DNA of 61,281 nt, the filler included, from Sphacelaria rigidula (Eukaryota), in assembly GCA_964200075.2 (NCBI GenBank). It is 9 parts of 9 records of this genome, joined end to end, with 100 filler letters (N's around TTAATTAATTAA, not from the genome) between each part and the next. Parts side by side here need not be neighbours in the genome. Positions count along the whole stretch, not along the records: positions 34,102 to 40,821 come from CAXNAA020018431.1; positions 40,922 to 47,641 come from CAXNAA020018432.1; positions 47,742 to 54,461 come from CAXNAA020018433.1; 6 more parts are not named here. One strand, given 5' to 3'. Shown here piece after piece: positions 37,518-49,700 of the stretch. The notes beneath the pieces were generated by a model. The model saw only the letters and a list, made by a program, of their open reading frames with translations. It searched no databases and was not told the origin of the DNA. Within the stretch, counting starts at the first letter, position 1. The number at the start of each line of letters is the position of its first letter. The position numbers and the translations under genes are program-made.

Positions 37518-38712
37518 AGCAGTAGACCCTAGAGCTTTGGTCGTATATCTATGGTTGACAACATGACTACAAAACTTGATTTTAGACTTGAGAAAGTTCT
37601 GAGAAAATTTATGGTTTGGGTTTCGTAAGAGACACAACACTTTACAAGTAAATTGGGGCAGGTGAGCAGTGGACCCAGCTCGTCCAGAACGTGTTTTGGT
37701 CGAAATCGGTCGCTGCGGCATCGATTTCAGGTCTCCCAACGCACACTATGGCTAATGGCTATGGGGGGGGGGCGTACTTATTTGTTGCTTGCCTTGATCG
37801 TTTGACTACTGACGACGGATCCCTTTCGAGACGGAGCACCGTTCCTACTCCTAATAGAGACATGGTTATGGGGGGGGGGAGAACGTATGTACCCCCCCTT
37901 GCCCGAGAGTCTCGTACGCCTTAGGTCGGGGTTAGGGTTTTAGGGTCAGCGGTGTTGTTCGTTTGTTCCAAAAAATCAACCATAGATATACGACCAAAAC
38001 TTTAGGTCGCCTCGTTTTTTTAGTCTGCTCTTTTCGTTGTGTTTTGTCCATGCTACGAGTCGGAGCGCACGTCCAACCTCGCGAGTGGAGTCAACTTGCA
38101 GTCGCTGAAACTCTCCCTCATGTGTGTGGCATTTCACTTTACATTTACACTATTAATAGCCCTTTTGGGACTGGCAATGGGGAAGTGTGGATTTCGAGAT
38201 GCTGTTTTGTTAACGACCTATGGTTGGAGTATTTACAGCTTTCACGCAAAACTATTAGCCCGAGGCGTGTTCCTCAGACCCGTATAAAAGTGGAGGGGAT
38301 CTGACGAAATGTACCACACCCTGTACACTGGATGCTTCTGTAAAAAAATGTACTGCGTACAGTACAGAATCTGTTGTCTATTGCAATAGGCGCAATAGTC
38401 GATACTATACGCAGTACACTTTTTGACGGTATGTTCTACTGTCCGGGGTGTTAAATGTACGTAAACAATTATTGGTACTATGGGGATGCCGCCAACCCTA
38501 ACGCTTACTCTAACCTCAACCCCGACCAAGGCATACCGAGAACCCGCGGGCAGGGGGGGAGGGGGGGGGGGGGGGGGCGCAAAATATTTTGTGGGGAAAG
38601 GGCGCATTCGCCGGGTGGAAATCGCCCCCTTCGACCCGTTTTTATACCAAANNNNNNNNNNCCCCCCCCCGCGGCGAGCCCCGCCAGCGCGGGGGGGGCG
38701 GGCGGTGCGGGT

Positions 38713-38746
<34 letters not shown>

Positions 38747-39836
38747 CGCGAAATATTTCGTAGGCAAAGGGTGCATTGCCAGTGCTGAAATCGACGCCTT
38801 CGAACCGATTTTAGACCAGAACACGTTCTGGACGAGCTGGGTCTACTGCTCACCACTGCCAACCTGCCCGAAGTCATGAATTTTCTCAGATCTTTCTTCA
38901 GTCTGAAATCAAGTAAAATCGAATACCAACAATTGTTTACGTATATTTCGTCAGACCTACTGTAAAAAAATATACCCCAAAAATATGCACCAATGCCGTA
39001 GGAGACTCAGTATATCGAAAGTAACAGGTGGTGCCGATTTCTGTTCTTATAGACTTCAGGCACACAAGTGCTGATCTTGGATGTGTGCACAAAATTGAAC
39101 GAACTTTACCCGTTGTGCCCCCTCACTGGACAAAACTAATCTGGCAGCCCCGGGTTGTCATTTTTGGTGCGCGCATGACGTATTATGCTGGTAGATTCTT
39201 CTTCTGTGGCCTTCCGCCGTGAAAATGGTTGCTGTCGTCGGTCTTTTTCGGCTTCCATATTTTCTTCTCTATCAGGGCTTGAAAATAATGAGGCGTCTTG
39301 CTCGGGGCCGGAAGTGGGGGGTTCCCGAAGGGTTGGGCCGGGATTACCAGAGGATGACATATTCAAGGTTGTTTTCTGATGTGTAATACCCTGAAGCGGG
39401 GGGACTCTTGGTTGGCATACTATCATATGCACAAACCGTACTGAAATGTGTACCGAACATCCGGCGAGGCGACCTAAAAGTTTACTGCATCCGGTATGTT
39501 TAAACCCGACCCAAGGCGAATGAGACCCTCGGGCAAGGGGCGTACTCATCTGTTGCTTGCCTTAGTCGTTTGACCATCGACCATCCATCCCTTTCGAGAC
39601 GGAGCACCGTTCCACCCGAGGCGAGTGCATACGTTCTTCCCCTAGCCATAGTGTGCGGTGGGAGACCTGAAATTGACGCCGTAGGCGCCGATTTCGACAA
39701 AAGCACGTTCTAGACGAGCTGGGTACACCGCTCACCTGCCCCCAAACCATAAAATTTCTCAGAACTTTCTTAAGTCTAGAATCAAGAAGTCATGTTGTCA
39801 ACCATAAATATGCTATCAAAGCTTTAGGTCTACTGC
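37518..39836. repeat. Inverted pair of a repeat of about 350 bp (37518-37935 and 39500-39836), with a third diverged copy at about 38510-38912
   Basis: CAGTAGACC.TAGAGCTTTG...ATGGTTGACAACATGACT...ACCCAGCTCGTC is mirrored by GACGAGCTGGGT...AGTCATGTTGTCAACCAT...CAAAGCTTTAGGTCTACTG. Confidence 0.8.
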
Positions 39837-40352
39837 CTGTTGGAGGGTGAGGATTGAGTACGACGGCCATGAAACCAAATGGGGTCATTATCCAAATAAC
39901 AATGTCGTTGGACAAGTCGTCCTCCACTAGTATTCGTGCGGGAAAATATAGTGTGTGATGTAGATAGAAGACTCAATGCGTTGCGCACTGCAATCGTGTG
40001 GACTTGCGAGTCGAGTGCGGGTCGGTATCGCTCTATTCACCCGATCATCACTCGCGGAGTCGTGTGCTATTATACTTTTAGGTGAGGGTGTGCTTTACTT
40101 CGGGGCCAAGACTTTGTCTGAGACATTTTCACGGTGTGAAACATAAGACAGTTTTCAGAATTCGTGATGCTTGCCGGAGGAAGGACCATGTCATCTTCAC
40201 AAGCAATTCGTCCTGGCTGCACTAGTGCCAGTGCACCATAATCTATGTCTTACTCCAGTACCCCGGCCCTGGAAATGTTTGTGAATTCCTACAGTAGGAC
40301 GACTTTGCGTCTTGTTTTTTGTCGCCTATGCAATGCTTCTTCCCAGGGGCCT

Positions 40353-40398
<46 letters not shown>

Positions 40399-40439
40399 CT
40401 TAAACCCTTCCAATTTCTCGGTGTTTTTCCTTGTTTTTG

Positions 40440-40600
40440 GGAGATAAACTCATCTCCCCCCCCGGTACACGCCTTGCATTTTGGTCTCGCGGGTTGGGTC
40501 ATGACTATTAGCACTCCCGCACCGCGTCAACGCACGTCAAACAAACTTTCAGTCGACTACATTGTTTACTCACGTTCTCACGCTTCCCACGGTGGAAACT
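40440..40600 (+). repeat. Dispersed repeat family (also about 41255-41440 and 57425-57615; 5' part at 19293-19357, and 17985-18060 minus)
   Basis: Shared CTCCCCCGGTAC.CGCCTT...TTGGGTCAGCACT...CACCGCGTC and upstream TTCCTCGGGA.GAGTCC blocks. Confidence 0.7.
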
Positions 40601-42053
40601 AGACATGTGTGGGTATGCGAATGAATGTGTGTGTTTTTGGAATGCGACCTGTTTGGATTACGGGGAAATTAGAAACACGGGGTGACGGGAGGTTCGGAAC
40701 GGAAATTCGCGTTATTGCCGTGGATGTGCACTCCAAGAACCTGACCGTTCGTGGCGTTTGTGCTTCAGAGCAACGATGACAATGTTGTTGCTGCCGCTGC
40801 TGTTGTTGGGGGGGGGGGGGGNNNNNNNNNNNNNNNNNNNNNNNNNNNNNNNNNNNNNNNNNNNNTTAATTAATTAANNNNNNNNNNNNNNNNNNNNNNN
40901 NNNNNNNNNNNNNNNNNNNNNTAAAGCGAATGATCAAAGCCCCTCTCAATCGTATCATCTACTCTCAATCTCACGAAAACACTGTTACATGTAGGAACAG
41001 CAAACGCAGGAATCGACATGTCGCAGGCAGCGAGAACCACCCCGAAAAAGACTTGATGATATTGAAAAATATCCCAGGTTCAAGGAAACTAGGTGATGGC
41101 TTCATCGACGAAATATCAACTGACTTGGCTCAGCATCAACATCAAGTGAGTTGATCACCCTAATATAAGTTCGGTGTAATTACCCAGAGCTATTCCAAGC
41201 TCGAGAACCTCAAATCTACCTGCCCTTTTGTTTTCCCCCTCATACTTTCAACCCCCCCCCCTTCCTCGGAATAAGTCCATGGTCTCGAGGGATCAACTCA
41301 CCTCTCCCCCGGTACGCGCCTTTCGTTTCGCTCTTGCAAATTGGGTCAGCACTTCCGCACCGCGTCAACCCACGTCACACAAACCCAGTCGACTAATATT
41401 TGTTACCCACGTACTCACGTTTTCCACTGTGGAAATTGTACATAACGAAGAAAAAACTCCACCAAAACCCCCGTTCTCTCCGCCCCAATGGCAACAGTCG
41501 GATCAATACACCATCGGGGCGCTAGAAGCAGATATTTCCGCGATGTGTCGGGAGCAGTTTAGAACGAAGGCAACATGCAACTGAGGACACACCCAATGCC
41601 CCCCAATGCTGGCCCCCGAAAAGTACTGGGGAAAGTAAGTTGGTTTGACGACTTCACTGTAAGACTACACAACGCCGAAAGAACCGGAGCCCAAAACGAA
41701 AAGAAACGACGCCGCCAAAAAGTCACAGAGACTGACGGAAGCTGGCGTGGATGATGTCGGATCTGACGAAGTTCGTCACGTCCCGAGTGTAGACATCTGA
41801 TTTTGGAACGCGACACGGTATCAAGAAGGTAGACAAGGGGAAGGTAACGGAACGAAGAGACGTGAACAAGCGTGCAGGCTGAAGATTGCACTGAGGCATG
41901 CCGGAAGAAATAAAGAAATAGAAGTCTGGTACCGACGAGAGCAATCATTGAAGGTGTGAGAGGGCAGGATGAAAATAAGACTACACATAGTTGAGAGGGA
42001 GTTGAACAGGAACAAGGAATTCGCCACTTGTGGTACTTACCGTCAGCGGCGGT

Positions 42054-42914
42054 TTAGCTTCCAGCTCCGCTCCTGGCGGCCATGGGTCGGCTACCTTGTC
42101 GGGTCGTTTTGTTTTTCTTCCTTTCGAGGGGAGGGGAGATCTTAATTGGTGGCGTGACGGGTTGGTTTCCGGGAGGGGACAGGGAGTTATCACTGACCCG
42201 CGGTGCTTTGCGCGGTGTCGAATCGTCGTTTCTTGACGCATATGACGCTTTCTCCTTCAACAAGTGCCGTTGGAAATCAGACAGGAGCGTGGCACGCGTG
42301 TCGTAGAAACAGAGGTCACACCTTATGAAAGCTGTTTCGCCATCCCCCGCCGAGAGATCATGGAGTGTTTTTTGGGACAGGGTTGCTGTACACTCGTAAC
42401 ACTTATGAGTGCACTCCTCGGCCGCTTTCGCGAGGGTTTTTACGCACGCGCGGCCGTCCGCGTGGGCGTATACCCTGTCGTTACCGCCGGTCGGATCGGA
42501 CATGCGGTGGTACGGGGTGCTGACCCCGATCTCGCCGCCACACACTAAGCAGAAGAAGGGCAGCTGTTTTCTGAAGCCCTTCGGGACTGGTTTTGTATCC
42601 TGCGAGACAGAGATATGGGTGTTGCAGGTGGAGCACCTGTCAATGCCGAACGAGTTGGGAGGAGGACGAAGCGACGGTCGCGGAAAGTTCAGCGAGAAAA
42701 TAGTACGGAAGGAAAGGGAGTTGTACTGTGAGCGAATGCGCGACGAACGGGTGTTGAAAGCAACGATGTCAAGTAGTTGAAAAGGGAGGAAGTGGGATAA
42801 GAAGTTGCCTTCGGTTATCAGGATACTTCTCGATGAACCTGCACTGAGGAAACCACGGCCTCCACGTAAGTGTGGCATTCTGTACAAGTCTAGCATGTAG
42901 GAGTGTATTATCAA
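42054..42914 (-). pseudogene. Degenerate ORF with four CxxC pairs (zinc-binding); probably a transposable element ORF
   Basis: 286-aa frame with CSTC, CLVC, CYEC and CDLC. It continues in frame past one stop into the 41559-41948 ORF. The upstream region has interrupted frames. Family not recognised. Confidence 0.4.
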
Positions 42915-44221
42915 AAAGAAGGTGGGAGGTCCCCTCCTAGCGTCCCGTTCCTAATGTGTGTCGGACCGCGGGCTTGCGATGGTTGGCGCCAACTCCGGTG
43001 GGAAAGTACACCGAACGCATCGAAGAATTGGGCTGGGGAGTGAGCCAGTTAAAATTCTACATCTTCATTGCTATTTACTGGAGTTCAACTGGAAATGGGT
43101 ACGAGAGCGCCATTTGTCCAGTTCATGTGGAGGTGTTGCGCCGCTTGTCTATACCGCGTAATATTTATTGTAGTTCAATGATGGAGAGTTTATAAGAAAG
43201 AAACACTGTGTACGATTAGACAGTAAGGTTGAAGTCGGCAGTCTACAGCAGTTCAGGTCCCACGAACGTCGGTGGTACCCGGTTGTTGTTCTGCAGTTTT
43301 TCTTTATCGCCGACATCGGGTCGGTCGAAGGCTGGTCAATCGAGTGAGATAAACGAAGAAATGAAGAGGTGGGTGTCAGTTACCGTGGGACGCTTGGTGC
43401 TGAAGTGCCGAACTCCATACCCCAATTCACAATTGCATGAAGATCGATGTGAACATGAAGCAGGAGATACTCACAATGAGACGAGAACTCATCTCAAGAA
43501 AACAAGATCCGGTCACGGGCGATCACAAAACACACAAGCGTTCTATCGAATAAGCTGCGGTGAGAACCTGTTTACTTCAATTCCCCAAGGTACTGCCAGG
43601 GTGTGGCATGTTTGTTCCGATCCCGAGGTCCCCAAGAAGAGGGTCTGCTGCTGGATGGTGTAGAAAAATGATGTTCGAATTGCTACTACATACCGAAGAC
43701 ATGTCAGAGCAGTAGGAGGCTCGTATCAGCTCGCAGTGAGTGGTTACATTATTCACAACCAATTATGGTTACCGCAGGAAAAAAAGGCCAAAGACGGGAA
43801 CATTTTCTGACTTGGGCGCCGCTCCTGAGCGGGACCCCCTACCAGCCGGGAGGGGCGATTAGCTGGAAAAAGTGGATGGAGTGGCAACTGGCGCGGCAAG
43901 TGTTGACGGAACTGAACAGAGCTGATTGTTCACAGCCCCGATAATAAATTTGAGTTTTTGTAGCATTAAGGTGCTTTGAGTAGGGTACGAGATTTTTCGT
44001 GGATCATACAGAAGTAGTGAGTACCGTTAAAAAAGCGCTCGGAGGCCACGGAACTTGTCGGGTAGGGACAGGAGGCTTACAGAGAGTCCACTGGTGATCT
44101 TGTGATGAAAAAGGGTTGCATAGAAAATAGAGCACGCACCCGGATATTTGTACAAGGGTGTAGGGTTAAATCGTGTGTACAGAAAGAACAAAACTATCTT
44201 GGAAGGGTATGGTGGATCACA

Positions 44222-44484
44222 ACAGTCACGCAACTGTCGTGGACCGGTAGGACAGTCTTCGATAAGTCACCGAACTGTCGAGGGATTAGGAAAGCGTTAC
44301 TGAAGTCAAAGATCTGTCGAGTAGGGGTGTGCAAGTGACACTGAAGTCATAGAGCTATCAAGTTGGGCAACGAAAGCCTTACAGATTTCACTAGAAAAAT
44401 CGGTTAGGCCAACCACAGTCCAAGAGAAGCTACAGAACTGTCGGTTACGGGGATGAAAGTTTTCCAGAAGTCACCGAACTGTCG
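44222..44484 (+). repeat. 41-bp-period array of a conserved 20-bp motif with divergent spacers of about 21 bp
   Basis: Motif CWGAAGTCACMGAACTGTCG ends at 44239, 44280, 44319, 44360, 44402, 44443 and 44484. Confidence 0.8.
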
Positions 44485-45550
44485 TATGGGAATAGTATCT
44501 GTAAAGATACCCCGTGTATGCAACAAACCGCTCCCCATACGAGATAGGGTTGGACACCATACACCTATGCCCTGCAAACTGATACCGATGGCGGCGCAGA
44601 TGAAGGCCCCCCAGTCGGTCCGATACCTGTTGATTACCATGTTTCGCTTTCCCCTTCAACTCGTACCCTGTAACCCGTCTGTTCTCCGAACAGGAAAAAA
44701 TATCTTGAAGGGTGTACGGAGTTAAATACCAAGGGGTGTTAGATGGATGGAGATTGGGGAACAAGTGCGAGTTTTCAGAACAAAGGTAGGGATTGAGTTT
44801 AAATCTTCACCCCTCCCGGGTAATACCCGCACTCTGCCTGCATTGCATATACGCACAAGGGTATATATCTTGAATCCGGGCCCGGATTACGGGAGGCTTA
44901 CAGACCTTGCAGAGTCGTCGACCAGGGGTATGAGGCAGTTTCACATAATAACAAACTGGCGAGTAAAGTTAAGAAAGGACTTACACAGTCTCTGCGTACC
45001 GGTTTGATACTTGTACACGGTTCAAAGGACTGGACAAAAGACAGCAGGAGCCAATCGTCCCGGCGAAGACGCGATTTTCTTGTTTTGCCATATCATGCCG
45101 ACAAGGTGTAGGTTCGTTTGAACCATACGTCGGACGACAAAACACACAACTTGTTGACAGCGCTGATAGCAGCACGCCGGAATTTGTGTTTCAGTTCGAA
45201 GCGATGGCACGATAAGCTGCGTCTTGCCGTTAATCCCAGCAAAGGAAAACAGCGCACATACATACCGGCTCTGCACGCAATTGGCTGCAGGGTCAAACTC
45301 AGTTACCGGTTCCCCGGGATAATTCCCATACATACGACAAATATTGACATGTTCATGAAAAGTATCTCGCGTAGCGAGAGAAGAGCAGTTCTAAATCTCA
45401 AATATTGCGTCGTCGAACTCGATCCACCCACGGGAGGGTCGTTGTCGACCAGGGGTGCAATGGACTTACAGAACATACAAAACTGTCGGGTGCCGGTAAA
45501 AACGTTTCACAGGGGTGACAGGATTGAGGAACACACAGCGGTAGCCGGTC

Positions 45551-45770
45551 GCCCCGGTGGCTCAGATGGTAGCCTCGAAACCTTCTGACGGTTAGGACGT
45601 GGGTTCAAATCTCGGGAAGACCTGGGATTGTCTCTCACACCATGCCCAACAGTGGAGAGCGACTATGTCGTGAGTACACACAGTTAGGGATGCGAATCGC
45701 TCACAAAACGTAAAGAAAATTTTCCTCCAGAAGTGTCCTGGCTCTTCCTGATGGACAAATCAAGCTAGCC
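45551..45770 (+). mobile_element. tRNA-derived SINE-like element (3' boundary uncertain)
   Basis: A-box TGGCTCAGATGG (45558-45569) and B-box GGTTCAAATCT (45602-45612) at tRNA-like spacing. No complete cloverleaf. Confidence 0.65.
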
Positions 45771-45878
45771 AGTCAGATACAAAGGATCCGTCTGGTCAGT
45801 TCGAAGAGGACCCTGGAAGGTCTTCTGCGCAGCTCATACACGCTGCCGCAGGTGCATTGCTCATGGGCGTACTGATGT

Positions 45879-46790
45879 ATCATTTTGCAAGGAAAGATTT
45901 TTCCGATACAGCTGTCGACTTTGGGGGTGACTCCAGACGAAGACAAATCAAAACAGAGAGTACAACAACAGCAGTACAATGCAGTACGAAAGCTGTATGG
46001 TACAGACAGTAGAGTGCACTGTTGTCTCTCTCATTGCCCCCCCCCGCTGCTTTCCTTCCCTTCTTCGATGGACACCATAGATGATCAGATTACACGAAAT
46101 CTTTGAAAAGCGTTGAACCTGTGAGCCTCTACGGCGGGTCACCTGGGTCTTGGAGGTCATCTTTCAAGTCGAAATTATGCCAATGCAAAACAGATTACTT
46201 TCCCTGAAGGTGACTGTACATGGATGGACAAAGCCGAACAAGGCTCAGTACAGCACAGGAGAGTGTTGTCTTCTCTCCCGCCCCCGCCCCCTGCGTTCCT
46301 TCTCTTTGCTCCCATTATCTATGGCCATTACCATGGACTAGATTACAAAAAACCTTCCGAGAGCGTGTACTCGTCCTGCCCCTAAATTAGCTCTGGAATT
46401 GAACCCTTGGACTTCCACGGTGGGTAATCTGTATCTTACACTCATCTTTCAAGTCAGAATTATGCCAATGCACAACATATGACTCGCCCTGAAGGTGGTT
46501 TTATAGAGATGGGCAAAGCCGAACAAGGCACAACAGTACAATACAGGGCAATGCAGTCCAGTCCAGTTCAGCAGAGTGTTGTCTTCTCTCTCTCCCTCCG
46601 TGCGTTCCTTCCCACTGCTCCCATTAACTACGGGTATCACCACGGACCAGATTGCAAGAAACCTTTGAAGAGGGTGGACTCGTCCTGCCCCCAGCTATGT
46701 ACGTGAGCCATTGGGCCTTCACGGTGGGTGGGCAATCTGGGCCCCGTTCATATTTCGAGTCAAATCATGCAAAGACAGTATATTATGTGA
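45879..46790 (+). repeat. Three and a bit degenerate tandem copies of a unit of about 290 bp
   Basis: TCATCTTTCAAGTC..AATTATGCCAATGCA...CCTGAAGGTG...TGTTGTCTTCTCTC...AGATT.CA..AA recurs from 45879, 46157, 46442 and 46748. Confidence 0.8.
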
Positions 46791-49700
46791 ACACAACACT
46801 GAATCTTCATGGCAGCGCAGAGATTATGTAGAGCCGGCAGGCCACATGTGACGGTAAAGGTGGACTCTGCATAACCAGGAAAGAGAAGAGCACAAGACAG
46901 TCACCATTGTGTTGTCTGTTCCAGTACACACCACGCTCCCTGACGTGGGTCCCCAGAGCAGCTGGGTATACAAGCAGCAACGCTTCTCTGTTACTAAGTT
47001 GCCGGAGTGCATTACACACGGATATACTTTTACGGAACCGAAAAAGTTACTCCGGCTCAGACCTCTCCCCCCTTCTTATCTCCACAGTCCCGTCTGCGTA
47101 TTTTCTGTTCATTTGCTCATGTCGGGGACGGTGGTTTGTTGAGGAGAGTCCATCGATAGGCCGCCTGAATCAGAAACAATCTCGTCGACCACGAGTGCGG
47201 TTCGAGCGCTGTTTCTTGCGTTGTGTGCTTCAAATCACAATGCATGTTGTGATGACTTTGCTTTCCGGGAACGTCCCACGCTCGGCACACCAGGCGGCAA
47301 AAAACATTTTTTTGCAGAGTCTCAGCGGACGCTACGAGAGTTGAGAAGAAAGGAGTTCATCTTGCAGTGTGTGTCAGGGATGTGGATGTGTACGTGGCGC
47401 CTGAACAGGGAGGACATCGCTTAAACGCACGATTTGCTCGTTCTAATGATGTTGTGTTTAATCAAGTGTATCAGCACGGAAGAAAGAAAACGAGGATGAG
47501 TTGTCTATGGTCGATGAAATTCCGTCGAACGGCCTGACGAAATTCGGAGGCTAACACCCCCCCCCCCCCCCCCACCCCCCCCCCCCCCCCCCCCCCCTCA
47601 CCCCCCCCGCCGACGACCGCCCGCGCCCACAGCGACCAGACNNNNNNNNNNNNNNNNNNNNNNNNNNNNNNNNNNNNNNNNNNNNTTAATTAATTAANNN
47701 NNNNNNNNNNNNNNNNNNNNNNNNNNNNNNNNNNNNNNNNNGAGAGGACCGCGTGCTTAGAGGACCGCATCGGAATTTGAACATCCCTATGGTTAGGGTT
47801 AGGGTTAGGGTTAGGGTTGGGGTAAGTGTCGAGGTTATAGTTTCAGGGGCGCGGTCCCTGCACGGACTGGCCCGATTGGGCTTAAACAACGTCGAACCTA
47901 TGATGTTGTGAACTATGCGGCCCAAAAAGCACGCGGTTCTACCAAGCATTACACGGAATGCAACGCTGAACAAAGAGCCAAGAATCGATTCCTATGGTAC
48001 GAATAAGTTACACTACAAGCACGCAGTAATGCGTGAGAGGACCGCGTGCTTAGAGGACCGCGCCGTAGTTCAAAACACCTCAGGATCGACGTTTTTCNNN
48101 NNNNNNNTAGAGGACAGCGCCGTAGTTCAAAACACCTCAGGATCGACGTTTTTCAAAACCAATCGAACCAGTCCCTGCAAGTACCACGCCCCTGATCATT
48201 GTAATGCGTGAGAGGACCGCGTGCTTAAAGGACCGCGCCGTAGTTCCAAATACCTGAGGATCGACGTTTTCCAAAACCAATCGGGTCAGTCCCTTTGCGG
48301 GTACCACGCCCCTGACCCTGACCCTAACACTAACCCTAACCCTAACCCTAACCCATGTAAAGTCCCACGCAGGTCGGATCATACATCATTGGCCAGGGAA
48401 GATCACCTGGGCGGACCGTTGTGCCTGCACGGAATAATATACTCAGCCATTCGAAAATGTAACCGTTCAGAGTAAGTCGTTGGCTTCCGCTATCCTGTTT
48501 TTTTTTTTTTTCAAGTTAAAGTGATGGCGATTCATCAGATGATGAGACCCTTTCACCACCAGGTCAGGTCCTCCTATGAATCGCAATCACTTTCACTTGA
48601 AAAAATGGTACACAACTCAGAGCTGGCGAATAAACCAGGATACCGGGAGCCGAGTTTGAGATACCTCTATTAAACCGTTTTGGTACTGGCAATAAGAAGA
48701 TGCGGATTTTGAGGTGCTGTTTTTTTGACGATATATATTTATATATATATGGTTGATTGTTTGCAGCTGTAATGCGTGAGAGGACCGCGTGCTTAGGGGG
48801 CCGCATGGAAATTTAAACACCCCTTCTGTTGTTAGGGTTAGGGCCAGGGTTAGTGTTGGGTTGAGGTCAGGGCCGTGGTCCCTGCCGGGACTGGCCTGAT
48901 TGGTTTTGAAAAACGTCGATCCTGAGAGGTGCTTTGGACCACGATGCGGTCCTCTAAGCACGCGGTCCTCTCACGCATTGCAGCAGGGCGCTTGATGCGG
49001 AACTGCCAAACGCCAAACCCCATTGTCATTTGCCTATCGCATTATGAAGAGCCTTCTTCTTCTGCACATGATACAGCAATGCTCACTACACCTCTAAGTT
49101 ATAGTCTGGTGGATATATACCAAGGTTTGTCGTTTCTTTGCACATCCGAATACGGAAAAAACCGGCAACCCACTACCGCATAATTACACGAAATACACCG
49201 TGGCTTGCCACGACCTGGGCCAGCTGAAAAGCGAGTTTGTGGTTTGCAGGCCCATTCACCGGCCAATATTCAGAATTGGATCCTGAAATTTGGTGTGGGC
49301 AATAAATAGGGGCAAAATAAAAACAAATACCAGTGTATACAACTTTTTTTTTTTCATGTGTTGAAGAGCATTTAATGAAAACTAACCCTAACCATAGGAG
49401 GGATGTCCAAATTCCGATGCGATCCTCTGAGCACGCGGTCCTCTCATGCATTACAACGCGGTCCGACCCCTGAATTTGTGAAACTGCAACAGCTGACCAG
49501 GTGCTCCAAAGTATACATCTTTACGTTTGCGCGGCGGAATCTATGTGTGAAATTCCAGCTCAAATGCCACGGCATGTTTCGGTTATCGGCTTGCTTGGTG
49601 TGCGTGTTCTCCCGTCATGATCAGAAGCACAATGTCCCCGCAGAACAATTAAAGTAACGTAGCGGAGCACGCGCAGTACGACATGTGACAACACATGTCC

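Noticed and set aside
44222..44484. Bona fide CRISPR array
   Set aside because: Eukaryotic context, degenerate motifs, short spacers with weak mutual similarity, and no cas genes.
45551..45625. Functional tRNA gene
   Set aside because: A and B boxes are present, but the acceptor and anticodon stems do not form a convincing cloverleaf.
47790..47825. True telomere
   Set aside because: Only a few TTAGGG units, enclosed within MITE TIRs.
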